From IMG/VR virus record IMGVR_UViG_3300005573_000154, positions 1 through 41,236 of that record: a stretch of DNA of 41,236 bases. The stretch is one strand, 5' to 3'. The stretch's first letter is position 1. Each line of letters begins with the position of its first letter. Below the pieces are notes generated by a model that was not told the origin of the DNA, made no database searches, and saw only the letters and a program-made list of their open reading frames with translations. Below are positions 8,915 to 17,350 of the stretch, piece by piece. The translations under genes were made by a program, and so were the position numbers.

Positions 8915-9139
8915 ATGTCAAACGGAAGGGGTAAAATTACGTGTCATTATTGCGGTGCAAAGTGGTATCGCAGGGAACTAAAAATTATGGCTGACACCGA
9001 CGCCGATGAATACGGTGTCTATGTAGTGTATGAATATGTTTGCCCAGCATGTTCAGAGCCGATCTACGACAGACGTTTAAAACCGCTTCGTGGATATGTG
9101 GCACCAAGTTTTGACGAACCATTAAGGTGGGAAGATTGA
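8915..9139 (+). CDS. Zn-ribbon protein
   Basis: CHYC and CPAC pairs. Confidence 0.75.
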   Translation: MSNGRGKITCHYCGAKWYRRELKIMADTDADEYGVYVVYEYVCPACSEPIYDRRLKPLRGYVAPSFDEPLRWED

Positions 9140-9184
9140 GAAACCATTTAGTCAAATTGATTTGACCCATAGGGGGGTGATTTA

Positions 9185-9361
9185 ATGGGAGAGGATGAGT
9201 GGGATAATATTGTGATTGGAGGGTGGAGGGTAATTACTGCTTGGGATATAAGTCTTGCTGTAGTAAAGGTGCAGGAGCTGGAGAAGAGGGTTAAGAAGCT
9301 GGAGGAGGATGTGGCGAGAATATCCAAGATGCTGGACGATATTGTTAAAAAGATAGCCTAG
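9185..9361 (+). CDS. Small coiled-coil protein (58 aa, not in ORF track)
   Basis: GGGGTGA RBS. Translates to MGEDEWDNIVIGGWRVITAWDISLAVVKVQELEKRVKKLEEDVARISKMLDDIVKKIA. Confidence 0.7.
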   Translation: MGEDEWDNIVIGGWRVITAWDISLAVVKVQELEKRVKKLEEDVARISKMLDDIVKKIA

Positions 9362-9376
9362 GTGGGGGTGGTTGGG

Positions 9377-9658
9377 ATGAAGGATGGGGAGGAGCTTGTT
9401 AATGAGCTTGTGGAGGAGGGGGAGAGGGCCGTGAGTTGCAAGTGCCCATACTGCGGCAGGATGCTGGATCATCTTGAGATGATCACGGAGGAGGAGTGGG
9501 CTAGGGACTTCAGGGCCACAGGCGTCGGGCTGGAGCGGAGATACCTGAGGACGGTTGATTGGTATTTCTGTTGCCCATACTGCGGCGCATTATTAACCGA
9601 TTGCGAGAACATCGCCAAGGCCATCCTCCAAGGGACTTGGAACTGGGAGGGGGATTGA
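9377..9658 (+). CDS. Zn-ribbon protein
   Basis: Two CPYCG motifs; start placed at ATG 9377. Confidence 0.75.
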   Translation: MKDGEELVNELVEEGERAVSCKCPYCGRMLDHLEMITEEEWARDFRATGVGLERRYLRTVDWYFCCPYCGALLTDCENIAKAILQGTWNWEGD

Positions 9659-9961
9659 GTGATGAGTGAGGACGTAATTAAGGATGTGGTTTCGATTTAT
9701 AGGGAGGTTCCGGTTGAATGCCTTATTGAGGCGTTGCATGCTAGCTGGGACGAGATAGACGAGGATCTAAAAGCGGTCATGAGAGCCTACAGCATCCCGG
9801 AGGAGTTGCTGTTACATATCAGGGAGTCAATGAGGCAGTATATTGTCAAGGAGCTGAGGGAAAGGGGGTTGCCGGAGGAGGAGTGGATGGTTGAGCCACT
9901 TTTAAAGCTGTTCATCCGCCTATCCAAGGTAATGCTATTAGATGATCTACGGGGGAGGTGA
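9659..9961 (+). CDS. Hypothetical helical protein
   Basis: Tightly packed in the operon; codon usage like neighbours. Confidence 0.7.
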   Translation: MMSEDVIKDVVSIYREVPVECLIEALHASWDEIDEDLKAVMRAYSIPEELLLHIRESMRQYIVKELRERGLPEEEWMVEPLLKLFIRLSKVMLLDDLRGR

Positions 9962-9965
9962 TGGG

Positions 9966-10145
9966 ATGAGGGGGTTGGAGTTCATGTTATGGGATGGGAT
10001 GGACTCAAATGCGTATGGGTGGGTCTGGGATGGGATGGATATAAATGCGTATGGATGGGTTTCTGTATTTGTTTATAGACCGCAGAGTTCTTTTGAGAGG
10101 ATCATATGGGAGGATATGAGGAGGCGTTACCGGAGGAGGAAGTGA
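9966..10145 (+). CDS. Small protein with a 12-aa tandem duplication
   Basis: GGAGGTGA RBS; WDGMDSNAYGWV / WDGMDINAYGWV (36-bp repeat at 9990 and 10026). Confidence 0.6.
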   Translation: MRGLEFMLWDGMDSNAYGWVWDGMDINAYGWVSVFVYRPQSSFERIIWEDMRRRYRRRK

Positions 10146-10149
10146 AGGG

Positions 10150-10452
10150 ATGAGGAGGAAAAAGGAGTCATCCTTGAGGATGGAGAGGCCGCCATTTCTT
10201 TGGCGACTTCAATACTATATTCATTGTCATCCACGCTTATCTTACACCACCTTTATCTGGCTTTTCCAACCCGATCCGGCGTGGCGCAATGGAATCATTG
10301 ATATAATACGGGATCCGGATCTCAGCCTAGGGGAAAAAATTAAGCTGTTTATATTGAATTTGATGGAGGTCATACCGATATTCAGTGGCCTTGAGTGGTG
10401 GCTGTTCTACCTGAAGTTCTGGAAAAGTGTGAGAAAGGGGGAGATACCATGA
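10150..10452 (+). CDS. Hypothetical protein, possibly membrane-associated
   Basis: Aromatic/hydrophobic C-terminal half; in operon. Confidence 0.6.
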   Translation: MRRKKESSLRMERPPFLWRLQYYIHCHPRLSYTTFIWLFQPDPAWRNGIIDIIRDPDLSLGEKIKLFILNLMEVIPIFSGLEWWLFYLKFWKSVRKGEIP

Positions 10453-10465
10453 TGAGGAGGGGGAG

Positions 10466-10912
10466 ATGATGGGGGTTATAGATGAGGTTGATAGGATTGT
10501 CGAGGAGGTTAAGGATCGGTATGTCGAGCAGTTTCTCAAGAATATCGAGGATTGGCTTGACAGGTATTCTGGTTGGGATGGTAGGATTGAGGTGGGCGAG
10601 GGTAAGAAGCCCTGGATAATCAAGGTTGATGTCTATGACGAGTCCGGAGTTCCGGTAGAGTCCGGTGTCTTCGATACGAGTATATTGGCCTCCATCATTT
10701 CCCGTGAGATACACGTGAAGGTCAGGGAGATCGTTGATGAGGATAATGTTGCTACCGTTGTTGCGGCCTTGCTACTCAGGCTGAACACGCTGGCATGGGA
10801 TGTTAGGGATGAGGTGATGGGCGGCATAATGCAATATTTGGGCGAGCTTGGGTTCCGGGGCCAATTCTCCCAGACGGATCAGAGCAGGATAGTCTTTAGG
10901 AGTGGGAGGTGA
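10466..10912 (+). CDS. Hypothetical protein
   Basis: GAGGAGGGGG RBS; acidic 148-aa ORF. Confidence 0.75.
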   Translation: MMGVIDEVDRIVEEVKDRYVEQFLKNIEDWLDRYSGWDGRIEVGEGKKPWIIKVDVYDESGVPVESGVFDTSILASIISREIHVKVREIVDEDNVATVVAALLLRLNTLAWDVRDEVMGGIMQYLGELGFRGQFSQTDQSRIVFRSGR

Positions 10913-11028
10913 GGGCCTTGAGGAGGGATTTTGATGTTGAGTGGGATACACGTGATCATGATACGTGGGATATGATCTGGTTTTTCGATCAGTCCAAAAA
11001 GGGAAAGAAGAGGAGGAAGAAGCGGTAG

Positions 11029-11241
11029 CTAGATTTTTATTTCGTCGAGGCAGTCCACCTTAACAACTTCCTTCCAGTTATACACGTGATATTTTCCATC
11101 ATCTGATTTCAGTAGGAGCAGGTATGGTGGTTTCATGTTGAAGAATATTAGGACGCCTATTTCTGGGCTTTCAATGTATCTAGTCCAGATCTTAACCTTA
11201 TGGCCAAGGAAGGAGGCCACGATGCGATCCAGCGATGGCAT
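11029..11241 (-). CDS. Sm/LSm/Hfq-like small beta-barrel protein
   Basis: N-terminal helix, then FLGHKVKIWT...GVLIFFN...YLLLL....GKYHVYNWKEVVKV, consistent with Sm1/Sm2 strand order. Confidence 0.5.
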   Translation of the reverse strand: MPSLDRIVASFLGHKVKIWTRYIESPEIGVLIFFNMKPPYLLLLKSDDGKYHVYNWKEVVKVDCLDEIKI

Positions 11242-11274
11242 GTCTATTGTTGTGCACTCCTAGACATAAATCTT

Positions 11275-11400
11275 TTATCTCGTTTTCGTGAGCTTGAGGG
11301 ATACGAATATGTATAGCAGTATTAGCCCATATGCTATCAGTATCATCGCCCAGATCCAAGGCCAAGGGTCTGGAGTGTTGATCACGGGCAACTCGCTCAT
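11275..11400 (-). CDS. Small single-TM protein (41 aa, not in ORF track)
   Basis: Translates to MSELPVINTPDPWPWIWAMILIAYGLILLYIFVSLKLTKTR. Confidence 0.55.
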   Translation of the reverse strand: MSELPVINTPDPWPWIWAMILIAYGLILLYIFVSLKLTKTR

Positions 11401-11493
11401 ATGATTAAATGAATGTGCAAGGTGTTTATAAATTTTCTCTTTACGAAAAATTTTTATGAGGGCTTATTATTTATTATTGCGAGGTGGGGTGGT

Positions 11494-11793
11494 GTGCCCG
11501 GTAGTAGTTTACTTGATGCGGTTTTGAACCGTGAGCGGATTAGGATTATTCGCTTGCTTGTAAGGAAAAAGATGTATCCTTTGCAGATTTCGAAGAAGTT
11601 GAATCTCAGCCATTCAGATGTTGCGTATCATCTTTCAGTTCTGCATGATGCCGGTATTGTTAAGCGTGAAGTTGGCAGGACTGGCGAGGGTAGGCTTGCG
11701 TATTTTTATGACATTGATCGGCCTAGGCTTAAGCACATATTGTATGAAGTCCAGGCAATTATAAACGGCATTCTTGACGAGCTTGGGGAGTAG
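11494..11793 (+). CDS. ArsR-like winged-HTH regulator
   Basis: NRERIRIIRLL...ISKKLNLSHSDVAYHLSVLHDAGIV; GTG start after GAGGTGG. Confidence 0.85.
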   Translation: MPGSSLLDAVLNRERIRIIRLLVRKKMYPLQISKKLNLSHSDVAYHLSVLHDAGIVKREVGRTGEGRLAYFYDIDRPRLKHILYEVQAIINGILDELGE

Positions 11794-11808
11794 TGAGGTG
11801 ATGAGTGA

Positions 11809-12141
11809 ATGAGCGAATCACCTACCAAGAAGTTTATTGTTGCAATTGATAGGGAGGAGTTCGTGAAGACGTGCCACAGGATTGCCGACGCCTATATAGC
11901 GTCTGAGGTTGAGGATCATGAGGGAAAGCTTGATGAAGAGCATCTTAAGGATGTTCTGGAGGTGGCTGAGAAGATTAGGAGGGCGAAGAATTTTGATGAG
12001 GTTGTTGATGCGCTCCTAGATGATGCCGCATTAAAATTCGACATATTCGTGGACTTCATTTGCGGGCTTGATTTACCACGATGGCATAGGATAATCTTAT
12101 ATGGCATAGCCGTAGAAAAGGAATATGGGGATATTGTATGA
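11809..12141 (+). CDS. Hypothetical protein
   Basis: GAGGTGA RBS; in operon. Confidence 0.75.
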   Translation: MSESPTKKFIVAIDREEFVKTCHRIADAYIASEVEDHEGKLDEEHLKDVLEVAEKIRRAKNFDEVVDALLDDAALKFDIFVDFICGLDLPRWHRIILYGIAVEKEYGDIV

Positions 12142-12157
12142 TGCGGGGTGAAAAATA

Positions 12158-12574
12158 ATGAGCAAACATGTTGGCTTGAAAATATCGCTTGATGAGTGTA
12201 TTCATAGCATTAAGCTTGATTCCGGCTTGAAGTATGATCGCTATTTTGCAATCGCATTCCTGAAGAGTAAGGGTGATCTGCCTCCATGTGTAGCTGTTGG
12301 CAGTCTTGAGGTTGAGAAAGAGACGGGGGAGGCTGAATACTTTAACCCATGTAAGTTCTATTCCCTTGATAAGATGTTTGAGGCGGTCATACACATGTTG
12401 GCCTCATACATAGCGTTTTATGCTTTCGAGAACTCCGTCAGCCCGAGACATGTCTTCATGAAGTTATTGGATATGTTTAGATCCGATTATAGGTTGCTTG
12501 ATAAGCTCGTGAATCTATCTGAGGGGTATTATAGAAAAATGGTGGAGATTGAGTCTAGTGGGGCAGGGGAGTAG
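12158..12574 (+). CDS. Hypothetical protein
   Basis: GGGGTGA RBS. Confidence 0.75.
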   Translation: MSKHVGLKISLDECIHSIKLDSGLKYDRYFAIAFLKSKGDLPPCVAVGSLEVEKETGEAEYFNPCKFYSLDKMFEAVIHMLASYIAFYAFENSVSPRHVFMKLLDMFRSDYRLLDKLVNLSEGYYRKMVEIESSGAGE

Positions 12575-12929
12575 CTGTTAGTAGCTCTATCAGTGCCCAT
12601 AGCAGTAGTATTAGCACCTCTAGTAGCATTGATGGGATTTCGTGTCCGCTTCCGATGCTTAATTTATGGTTTTGCGCTACTGCCTCGTCTATGAGCCATA
12701 TCGTGGCCATGCCGCCGAATAACGGCATGTGTAGTCTAAAGCATAGTATGTATGCTATCGTAGCCCAATGATAGTGTTCGAATAGTGTTAATAGCGGATA
12801 CCGGTATTTGCCCAATGGCTTTCCCCGGCGAGCATCGTATATGGCCCATTTCCAATACCAGATGGCGTTTGCAATGCCGCCTATCCACAAGCCTATTACC
12901 GCCCAGGCTAGATTCCAGATGTTCATCAC
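12555..12929 (-). CDS. Multi-pass membrane protein
   Basis: 3-4 hydrophobic segments; EHYHW motif. Confidence 0.7.
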   Translation of the reverse strand: MMNIWNLAWAVIGLWIGGIANAIWYWKWAIYDARRGKPLGKYRYPLLTLFEHYHWATIAYILCFRLHMPLFGGMATIWLIDEAVAQNHKLSIGSGHEIPSMLLEVLILLLWALIELLTATPLPH

Positions 12930-12984
12930 TTTCTCGTGTTTATGGGGAGAAATTTAAATATAGCGCCATGAAAAACTACTAGGC

Positions 12985-13506
12985 ATGGAGTTCATGATCG
13001 TTGAGGCGTTGAGCTTGATAATAGTGGTGGGTGCATTGGTGCTCTTGGGCATGAGGGTGATAACGTATGAGCAGGCGGTTACATTAATCTCAATAGCATT
13101 ATCAATGATCACCGGCAAATACATAGCAAAATATGAGAGAACTATTGTAGCCAAGGCGAGATCACTACATGTGAATAGGAGGAGGGTCTGGGGAATCCTA
13201 GCCGTGATAGGCTTAGTTCTAGGCATATTCCTATTCTGGGGTGGCGAATGGTTAATCTGGGATTGGATAAACAGTATAGTGAACGGGCCTTGGATTAACA
13301 TGGACATGTTTTGCAAGGAGTGGAGCTTCTATGCGCCACTGTTTCTTTATCGTTGGGATTGCCGGACGTGGACTGGCCCATTTGACTTGGGTAAGATGTG
13401 GATTGATCTCGGCGGCTTCTTAATTATCGTCTCTGCATTCGTATTAGGATATATAGCTAGGCCTGTTATTGAGGGGTTCATCAGAAAAAAATTTGGAGAG
13501 AGGTAG
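12985..13506 (+). CDS. Multi-pass membrane protein
   Basis: About four TM segments; divergent from the 12929 gene across an AT-rich spacer. Confidence 0.75.
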   Translation: MEFMIVEALSLIIVVGALVLLGMRVITYEQAVTLISIALSMITGKYIAKYERTIVAKARSLHVNRRRVWGILAVIGLVLGIFLFWGGEWLIWDWINSIVNGPWINMDMFCKEWSFYAPLFLYRWDCRTWTGPFDLGKMWIDLGGFLIIVSAFVLGYIARPVIEGFIRKKFGER

Positions 13507-13512
13507 TATGTG

Positions 13513-13995
13513 TTAGCTGACTTCGTATGCACGGTTTACGGCTTTTACTGATCCCCATGCGCCGATGATCAGGCCTATTACCACAAGCCATAGACCCAGT
13601 AGTAGTTTGCCGGTGTCGAAGAATGTTAGCACCTGTGTTGTTACTATGGGTGATTCCCACAGTTCATATGCTGGGATTGTTATGATCCGCTCTATCTCCG
13701 GGACGTAGTGTTTGCTTGGGGAGCTTAGGAGCGAATATTTGTATCCGGTGGTTGCTTGGACATAATGATATGACACGGCTGAGCCTATGACGCATAGGCC
13801 AGCAATTATTAGCACTATTGCGATCAGCCCATGTGGCTTGGTGATGCATTTCAGTATCTTGCCGATGTCCTTGAACACCACGTGCCATCTTGTCTCTCCC
13901 TTGCTCACCTTGTGCATGAATCCGCCGAAGGCTAGGCCTAACACTATTGCTAGCACCCATACGAATATTGTTACTAGCAGGCCTATGCTCAGCAT
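13513..13995 (-). CDS. Membrane protein (3 TM)
   Basis: Three hydrophobic segments. Confidence 0.75.
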   Translation of the reverse strand: MLSIGLLVTIFVWVLAIVLGLAFGGFMHKVSKGETRWHVVFKDIGKILKCITKPHGLIAIVLIIAGLCVIGSAVSYHYVQATTGYKYSLLSSPSKHYVPEIERIITIPAYELWESPIVTTQVLTFFDTGKLLLGLWLVVIGLIIGAWGSVKAVNRAYEVS

Positions 13996-14049
13996 TTTTC
14001 CCTGACCTTCGATAGGGGGTGGGTGGATCTGGCTAATAAATCTTACCTA

Positions 14050-14796
14050 TCACGGGTTCCACCTAACTTTTAAGAGGTCTTCCAGATGCTTGTATTTGCA
14101 GACTATGAAGTATTCATCGCTCCCGGCAAATAGTAGCCCAACCAGTTGATCGTTCTCGCTTGGCTGGTCTCCCTGCATCAGGAAGACCGGGCTTCCGCTG
14201 TCGCCTCCCTGTGATTGGCCTTTTACCACTATTTGATCCGTGAATACCACGTATTCGTCGTTATACCAGACTTTTACGGTTGCATTGTCATTTACTATTA
14301 CGCCTTCGGTGTATCCCGTAGTTCTCCCGCATTTCCATACCTTGCGGCCAACCACGCCATCCCCGGGGTGGGTTCCCTTTGGAAGTATGATTGATCCATC
14401 CTCCATGTAAACCCCTTTCGCTATGCTCCTATCATTGGATGATGGCTGGAATGTGGCCACAGCCGCATCTATGAGCCTGTATTCCTCTGAGCACCATTTT
14501 CTCAGTAGTTGGCCGAATATCATGCATATGTATGCCTTGAGTGTTGATGGCATTACTGGAACGTATCTCTTTAGTATTCCAACCCTATCATGCGGGTCTT
14601 TGCCCCCGTCATATGGGCCAGGCTGGACTATTGCCGTTTTTCCAGGGTCTCCTCGGAAGACGTGCCAGTTGCTTACCAGCACCTCCGTGTTGTCGGTTAT
14701 GTCTTGGAAGACGCCGGATAAAGTCCCGGCGGTAGTTTTTGTTGAGCCAATGCTGACTCCCCCCGCCAACACGCTTACCCGGCCCTTCCTGTCCAT
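14050..14796 (-). CDS. Chymotrypsin-like serine protease, catalytic domain
   Basis: GTL, SNWHV (His), IDAAVA (Asp), GRTTG and GGDSGSPV (Ser) motifs. Confidence 0.9.
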   Translation of the reverse strand: MDRKGRVSVLAGGVSIGSTKTTAGTLSGVFQDITDNTEVLVSNWHVFRGDPGKTAIVQPGPYDGGKDPHDRVGILKRYVPVMPSTLKAYICMIFGQLLRKWCSEEYRLIDAAVATFQPSSNDRSIAKGVYMEDGSIILPKGTHPGDGVVGRKVWKCGRTTGYTEGVIVNDNATVKVWYNDEYVVFTDQIVVKGQSQGGDSGSPVFLMQGDQPSENDQLVGLLFAGSDEYFIVCKYKHLEDLLKVRWNP

Positions 14797-14806
14797 CCCA
14801 ACCCCC

Positions 14807-15019
14807 CTAAAGGGCTTTGAATCTCCCGGTAACGATGACCTCTATGGAGTATCCCGATATTTCAAATTTCCTGAACAGGGTTGCGTGCTCCTCGTCATCC
14901 ACGTATAACACTATCTTGTTGCCATTCACCGAGTATCCGGATACCCCCTTCTCCTTCATGAAGGTATCCAATATTTTCTTGAGCTTTTTATCAATTTTCT
15001 GTTGGGCCATCACATCCAC
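14807..15019 (-). CDS. Probable stand-alone protease pro-domain
   Basis: KGVSGYSV...IVLYV...IEVIVTGRFKAL resembles the N-terminal pro-region of this protease type; lies directly upstream of the protease. Confidence 0.6.
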   Translation of the reverse strand: MDVMAQQKIDKKLKKILDTFMKEKGVSGYSVNGNKIVLYVDDEEHATLFRKFEISGYSIEVIVTGRFKAL

Positions 15020-15096
15020 CCACCCATAAACTTTAGCATATGACTTGCTTATATGTGTTATGTTAAAAAGAAAAAAGATTATGAGGGTTTACGGGC

Positions 15097-15456
15097 CTAT
15101 TCTTCCTTCATGCCGTCCATGATGAAGTTCGTTATCGCCAGCCTGATGTATTCGGATCTGTTCCTGATTCCTTTCTTTTGCATGTCCATCTTCATTAGCG
15201 CTAGCAATCCTTTTGGGATCTTTAGGCTGACGAATACCATGTTCGTGTCATCGTCATCGAATGCGAACTTTTTGACCGGGTTGTTGTCATTGGATTTTCC
15301 GCCATCCAAGATTGATAGCAACTTCATGTGTTCTTTCAAGCCTCTCTGGATTATGAATCGCAGGGCGGTATTGCGGTATCGGTAGAGCTTCATCCGCACC
15401 ATTTTATCAACTATTTGGACTATCGGCTCTGGGAGGTGTAGTGTTACTATTTGCAT
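15097..15456 (-). CDS. Tandem ribbon-helix-helix (CopG/MetJ-like) regulator
   Basis: Two RHH units (IVTLHLPEPIVQIVDKMV...YRNTALR; VSLKIPKGLLALM...NRSEYIRLAI). TAATG overlap with the upstream gene. Confidence 0.85.
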   Translation of the reverse strand: MQIVTLHLPEPIVQIVDKMVRMKLYRYRNTALRFIIQRGLKEHMKLLSILDGGKSNDNNPVKKFAFDDDDTNMVFVSLKIPKGLLALMKMDMQKKGIRNRSEYIRLAITNFIMDGMKEE

Positions 15457-15656
15457 TACTCCTTCACCTCCTCGACGCTCACACGTATAGTCCATCCTAT
15501 GACTTGGTCGCCGTAGCAGTCATTGCTCCAGAATGTCTCGTGCATTCCCTTGATCATGTCTAATGCTTCTTGAATTGTGTCACATTTCTTTATCCTGACG
15601 CTTCCATCCTCGCCGTCCAAGAATACGTCAAACTTCAATACCTTGATCTCGCCCAT
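15456..15656 (-). CDS. Small hypothetical protein
   Basis: Start at MGEIKV; stop overlaps the RHH start codon. Confidence 0.6.
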   Translation of the reverse strand: MGEIKVLKFDVFLDGEDGSVRIKKCDTIQEALDMIKGMHETFWSNDCYGDQVIGWTIRVSVEEVKE

Positions 15657-15801
15657 AGTCCCACGTGATTGTGATGCATCAAGTGTGATATATAGATGTC
15701 TTCCGGGTATTTGACATGGTATTAGCATGGTGTATTACACGTGTATGTGTTATGCGCTATGTTTATATGGTGTTTGGGTTAATTATGGATTGTGAGGGGA
15801 T

Positions 15802-15987
15802 ATGGCTCGGGTTAAGCTGGTGCATGTAAGGATTGAGGAGGATGTGTATCGCAAGATATGGGCTATTGTGGCGGATAGGTATCTGACGCATAGCCGCAAC
15901 TTGTCAGCTATTGTGAATGAGGCTTTGAAGGAGTATATTCGAAAATATGAGAGTAAAGGCGAGAAGAGGCGAAAGAGGAGGACATAA
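15802..15987 (+). CDS. RHH DNA-binding protein
   Basis: VHVRIEEDVYRKI...LSAIVNEALKEYI. Confidence 0.85.
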   Translation: MARVKLVHVRIEEDVYRKIWAIVADRYLTHSRNLSAIVNEALKEYIRKYESKGEKRRKRRT

Positions 15988-16044
15988 TATACATAAAGTT
16001 TTTAAGGTGCTTATGTGTATAATTATCTGTGAGGTGAGGGGTGA

Positions 16045-16452
16045 ATGGAAAACGAGTTCCTGAAACTATGGTCTGAGCTGGAGGAAATCGCCGACAGGGC
16101 TAGGCGTGAGGCTAGGGGCGTCGCCATCAAGGTATGCAACGTGATCAAGGAGAGGTATTGGGATCGCATCAAGGCTGTGGCCGAGAAGTATGGCCTTGAG
16201 CCGAAGCTTGGCATAGAGATCAATGGTAGTGATCCAATTAGCTATGTGCCGGTGCTGTATTTGATTTCCGAGGAGGTGCTGGCGCCGGAGCTGGTCGAGA
16301 ACCTTAAGGAGAATATCCATAGGGAGCTAGGGGCGTGGATCAGCGATGCAAGGCTACATGTGGTGTTGCTGACAAGGGATGCCAAGCGTTTCCTGAACCT
16401 GGAGCTGATCAAGAATAATGAAAAGAAGGGGGGTGAGGGTGATGGAAGCTGA
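16045..16452 (+). CDS. Hypothetical protein overlapping the tas-like gene start
   Basis: GAGGTGA RBS; promoter-like TTTTTAAGGTGCTTATG upstream; 3' end overlaps the ATG at 16442. Confidence 0.75.
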   Translation: MENEFLKLWSELEEIADRARREARGVAIKVCNVIKERYWDRIKAVAEKYGLEPKLGIEINGSDPISYVPVLYLISEEVLAPELVENLKENIHRELGAWISDARLHVVLLTRDAKRFLNLELIKNNEKKGGEGDGS

Positions 16453-17326
16453 GGCTGGAGGGATCCTAGTCTTCGATGACTGGAATGAACTGTGGAGGTT
16501 CATCGAGTCCCGGAAAGAATATGTTGCCATTGATAGGGCGAAGACTAAAGGGAATAAGACGGCGTATTTGGCTAGGCTGACGAACGACATATGTAGGCTT
16601 CCGGAGATCTTTAAGGGCAGTATGGCGCATCATTATAGCTTGGAAGGGTTTGCGAAGCTTGCCTTGATGCTGAGGAGGCAGAAGCAGAGCTTGGACGCCA
16701 TACGGAAAGAGTATGCTTGGCAGGATTGGGCTGTCGATGCTTTAAACCAGATTATTAAGCAACGTGAAGGGCTGATTGACGAGATATACGAGCATGTCGC
16801 TGTTCACCCGGTAGTCCAATGGGTTAAGCGGGTAAAAGGGCTTGGAAAGCATGATGCAATACTATTCTTGGGCTTTATTGATCCGCATATTGCGACCTCG
16901 GCGGGGAAGGCTTACAAGTATTGGTGCCTCGCAGGCCCCGAATCGAGGCTAAAGTCTGGTAGGAAAGCTGAGGGCAGGCCTATCCTTAGAGGCGAGGGGT
17001 TCTTCATGGCAAGCAGGATCTGGATGCGAGGCGATGAATATTACAAGCCGCTAGCTGAAGCAAAAAAGGCATATTATTTGGACAAGCTACCGCAAGATGA
17101 GAAAGGTAGAAATGCACATGCACATATCAGGGCATTGCTTTGGCTGGCCAGACTACTTGTTGGCCATGCTTGGGAGATGCATCGCAAGTTCGAGCGGTTG
17201 CCGATTAACCCGCATGCCAACCATATTCCGCCAAAGCCCGATGAAGATGCCGTTTTCGATAACGATAAGATCCTAAATGCGATAAGGAATGGCCTAAGGC
17301 TTCCGCCCGAGGCTGTCAAGGTTTAA
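16442..17326 (+). CDS. TIGR-associated (Tas-like) RNA-guided protein: IS110/Nop-like RNA-binding domain, coiled coil and short N-terminal domain
   Basis: HPVVQWVKRVKGLG...LGFIDP...SAGKAYKYWCL...HAHIRALLWLARLLVGHAW...LP resembles the IS110 C-terminal / Nop fold. Directly upstream of a dual-repeat array. ATG 16442 follows a GGTGAGGG RBS. Confidence 0.85.
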   Translation: MEAEAGGILVFDDWNELWRFIESRKEYVAIDRAKTKGNKTAYLARLTNDICRLPEIFKGSMAHHYSLEGFAKLALMLRRQKQSLDAIRKEYAWQDWAVDALNQIIKQREGLIDEIYEHVAVHPVVQWVKRVKGLGKHDAILFLGFIDPHIATSAGKAYKYWCLAGPESRLKSGRKAEGRPILRGEGFFMASRIWMRGDEYYKPLAEAKKAYYLDKLPQDEKGRNAHAHIRALLWLARLLVGHAWEMHRKFERLPINPHANHIPPKPDEDAVFDNDKILNAIRNGLRLPPEAVKV

Positions 17327-17330
17327 ATTT
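17321..17330 (+). promoter_or_regulatory. Putative TATA box for the guide array
   Basis: AAGGTTTAAATT overlaps the tas stop codon, centred about 26 nt upstream of G17352 in the first repeat. It resembles the other viral AAGGTTTATA promoters. Confidence 0.55.
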
Positions 17331-17350
17331 TCCACCTCTTTTTCTTTTTT

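Noticed and set aside
14052-14060. Self-match of array spacer ACGGGTTCC near the protease stop codon
   Set aside because: A single 9-mer match is expected by chance in 82 kb of both strands, and its partner spacer TAAAATCGG does not match alongside. A full self-target search was not possible by eye.
16442-17326. IS110 transposase / insertion sequence
   Set aside because: No intact N-terminal DEDD domain and no sign of an inserted element. The gene sits in a viral operon and is followed by a multi-unit array rather than a single bridge RNA.
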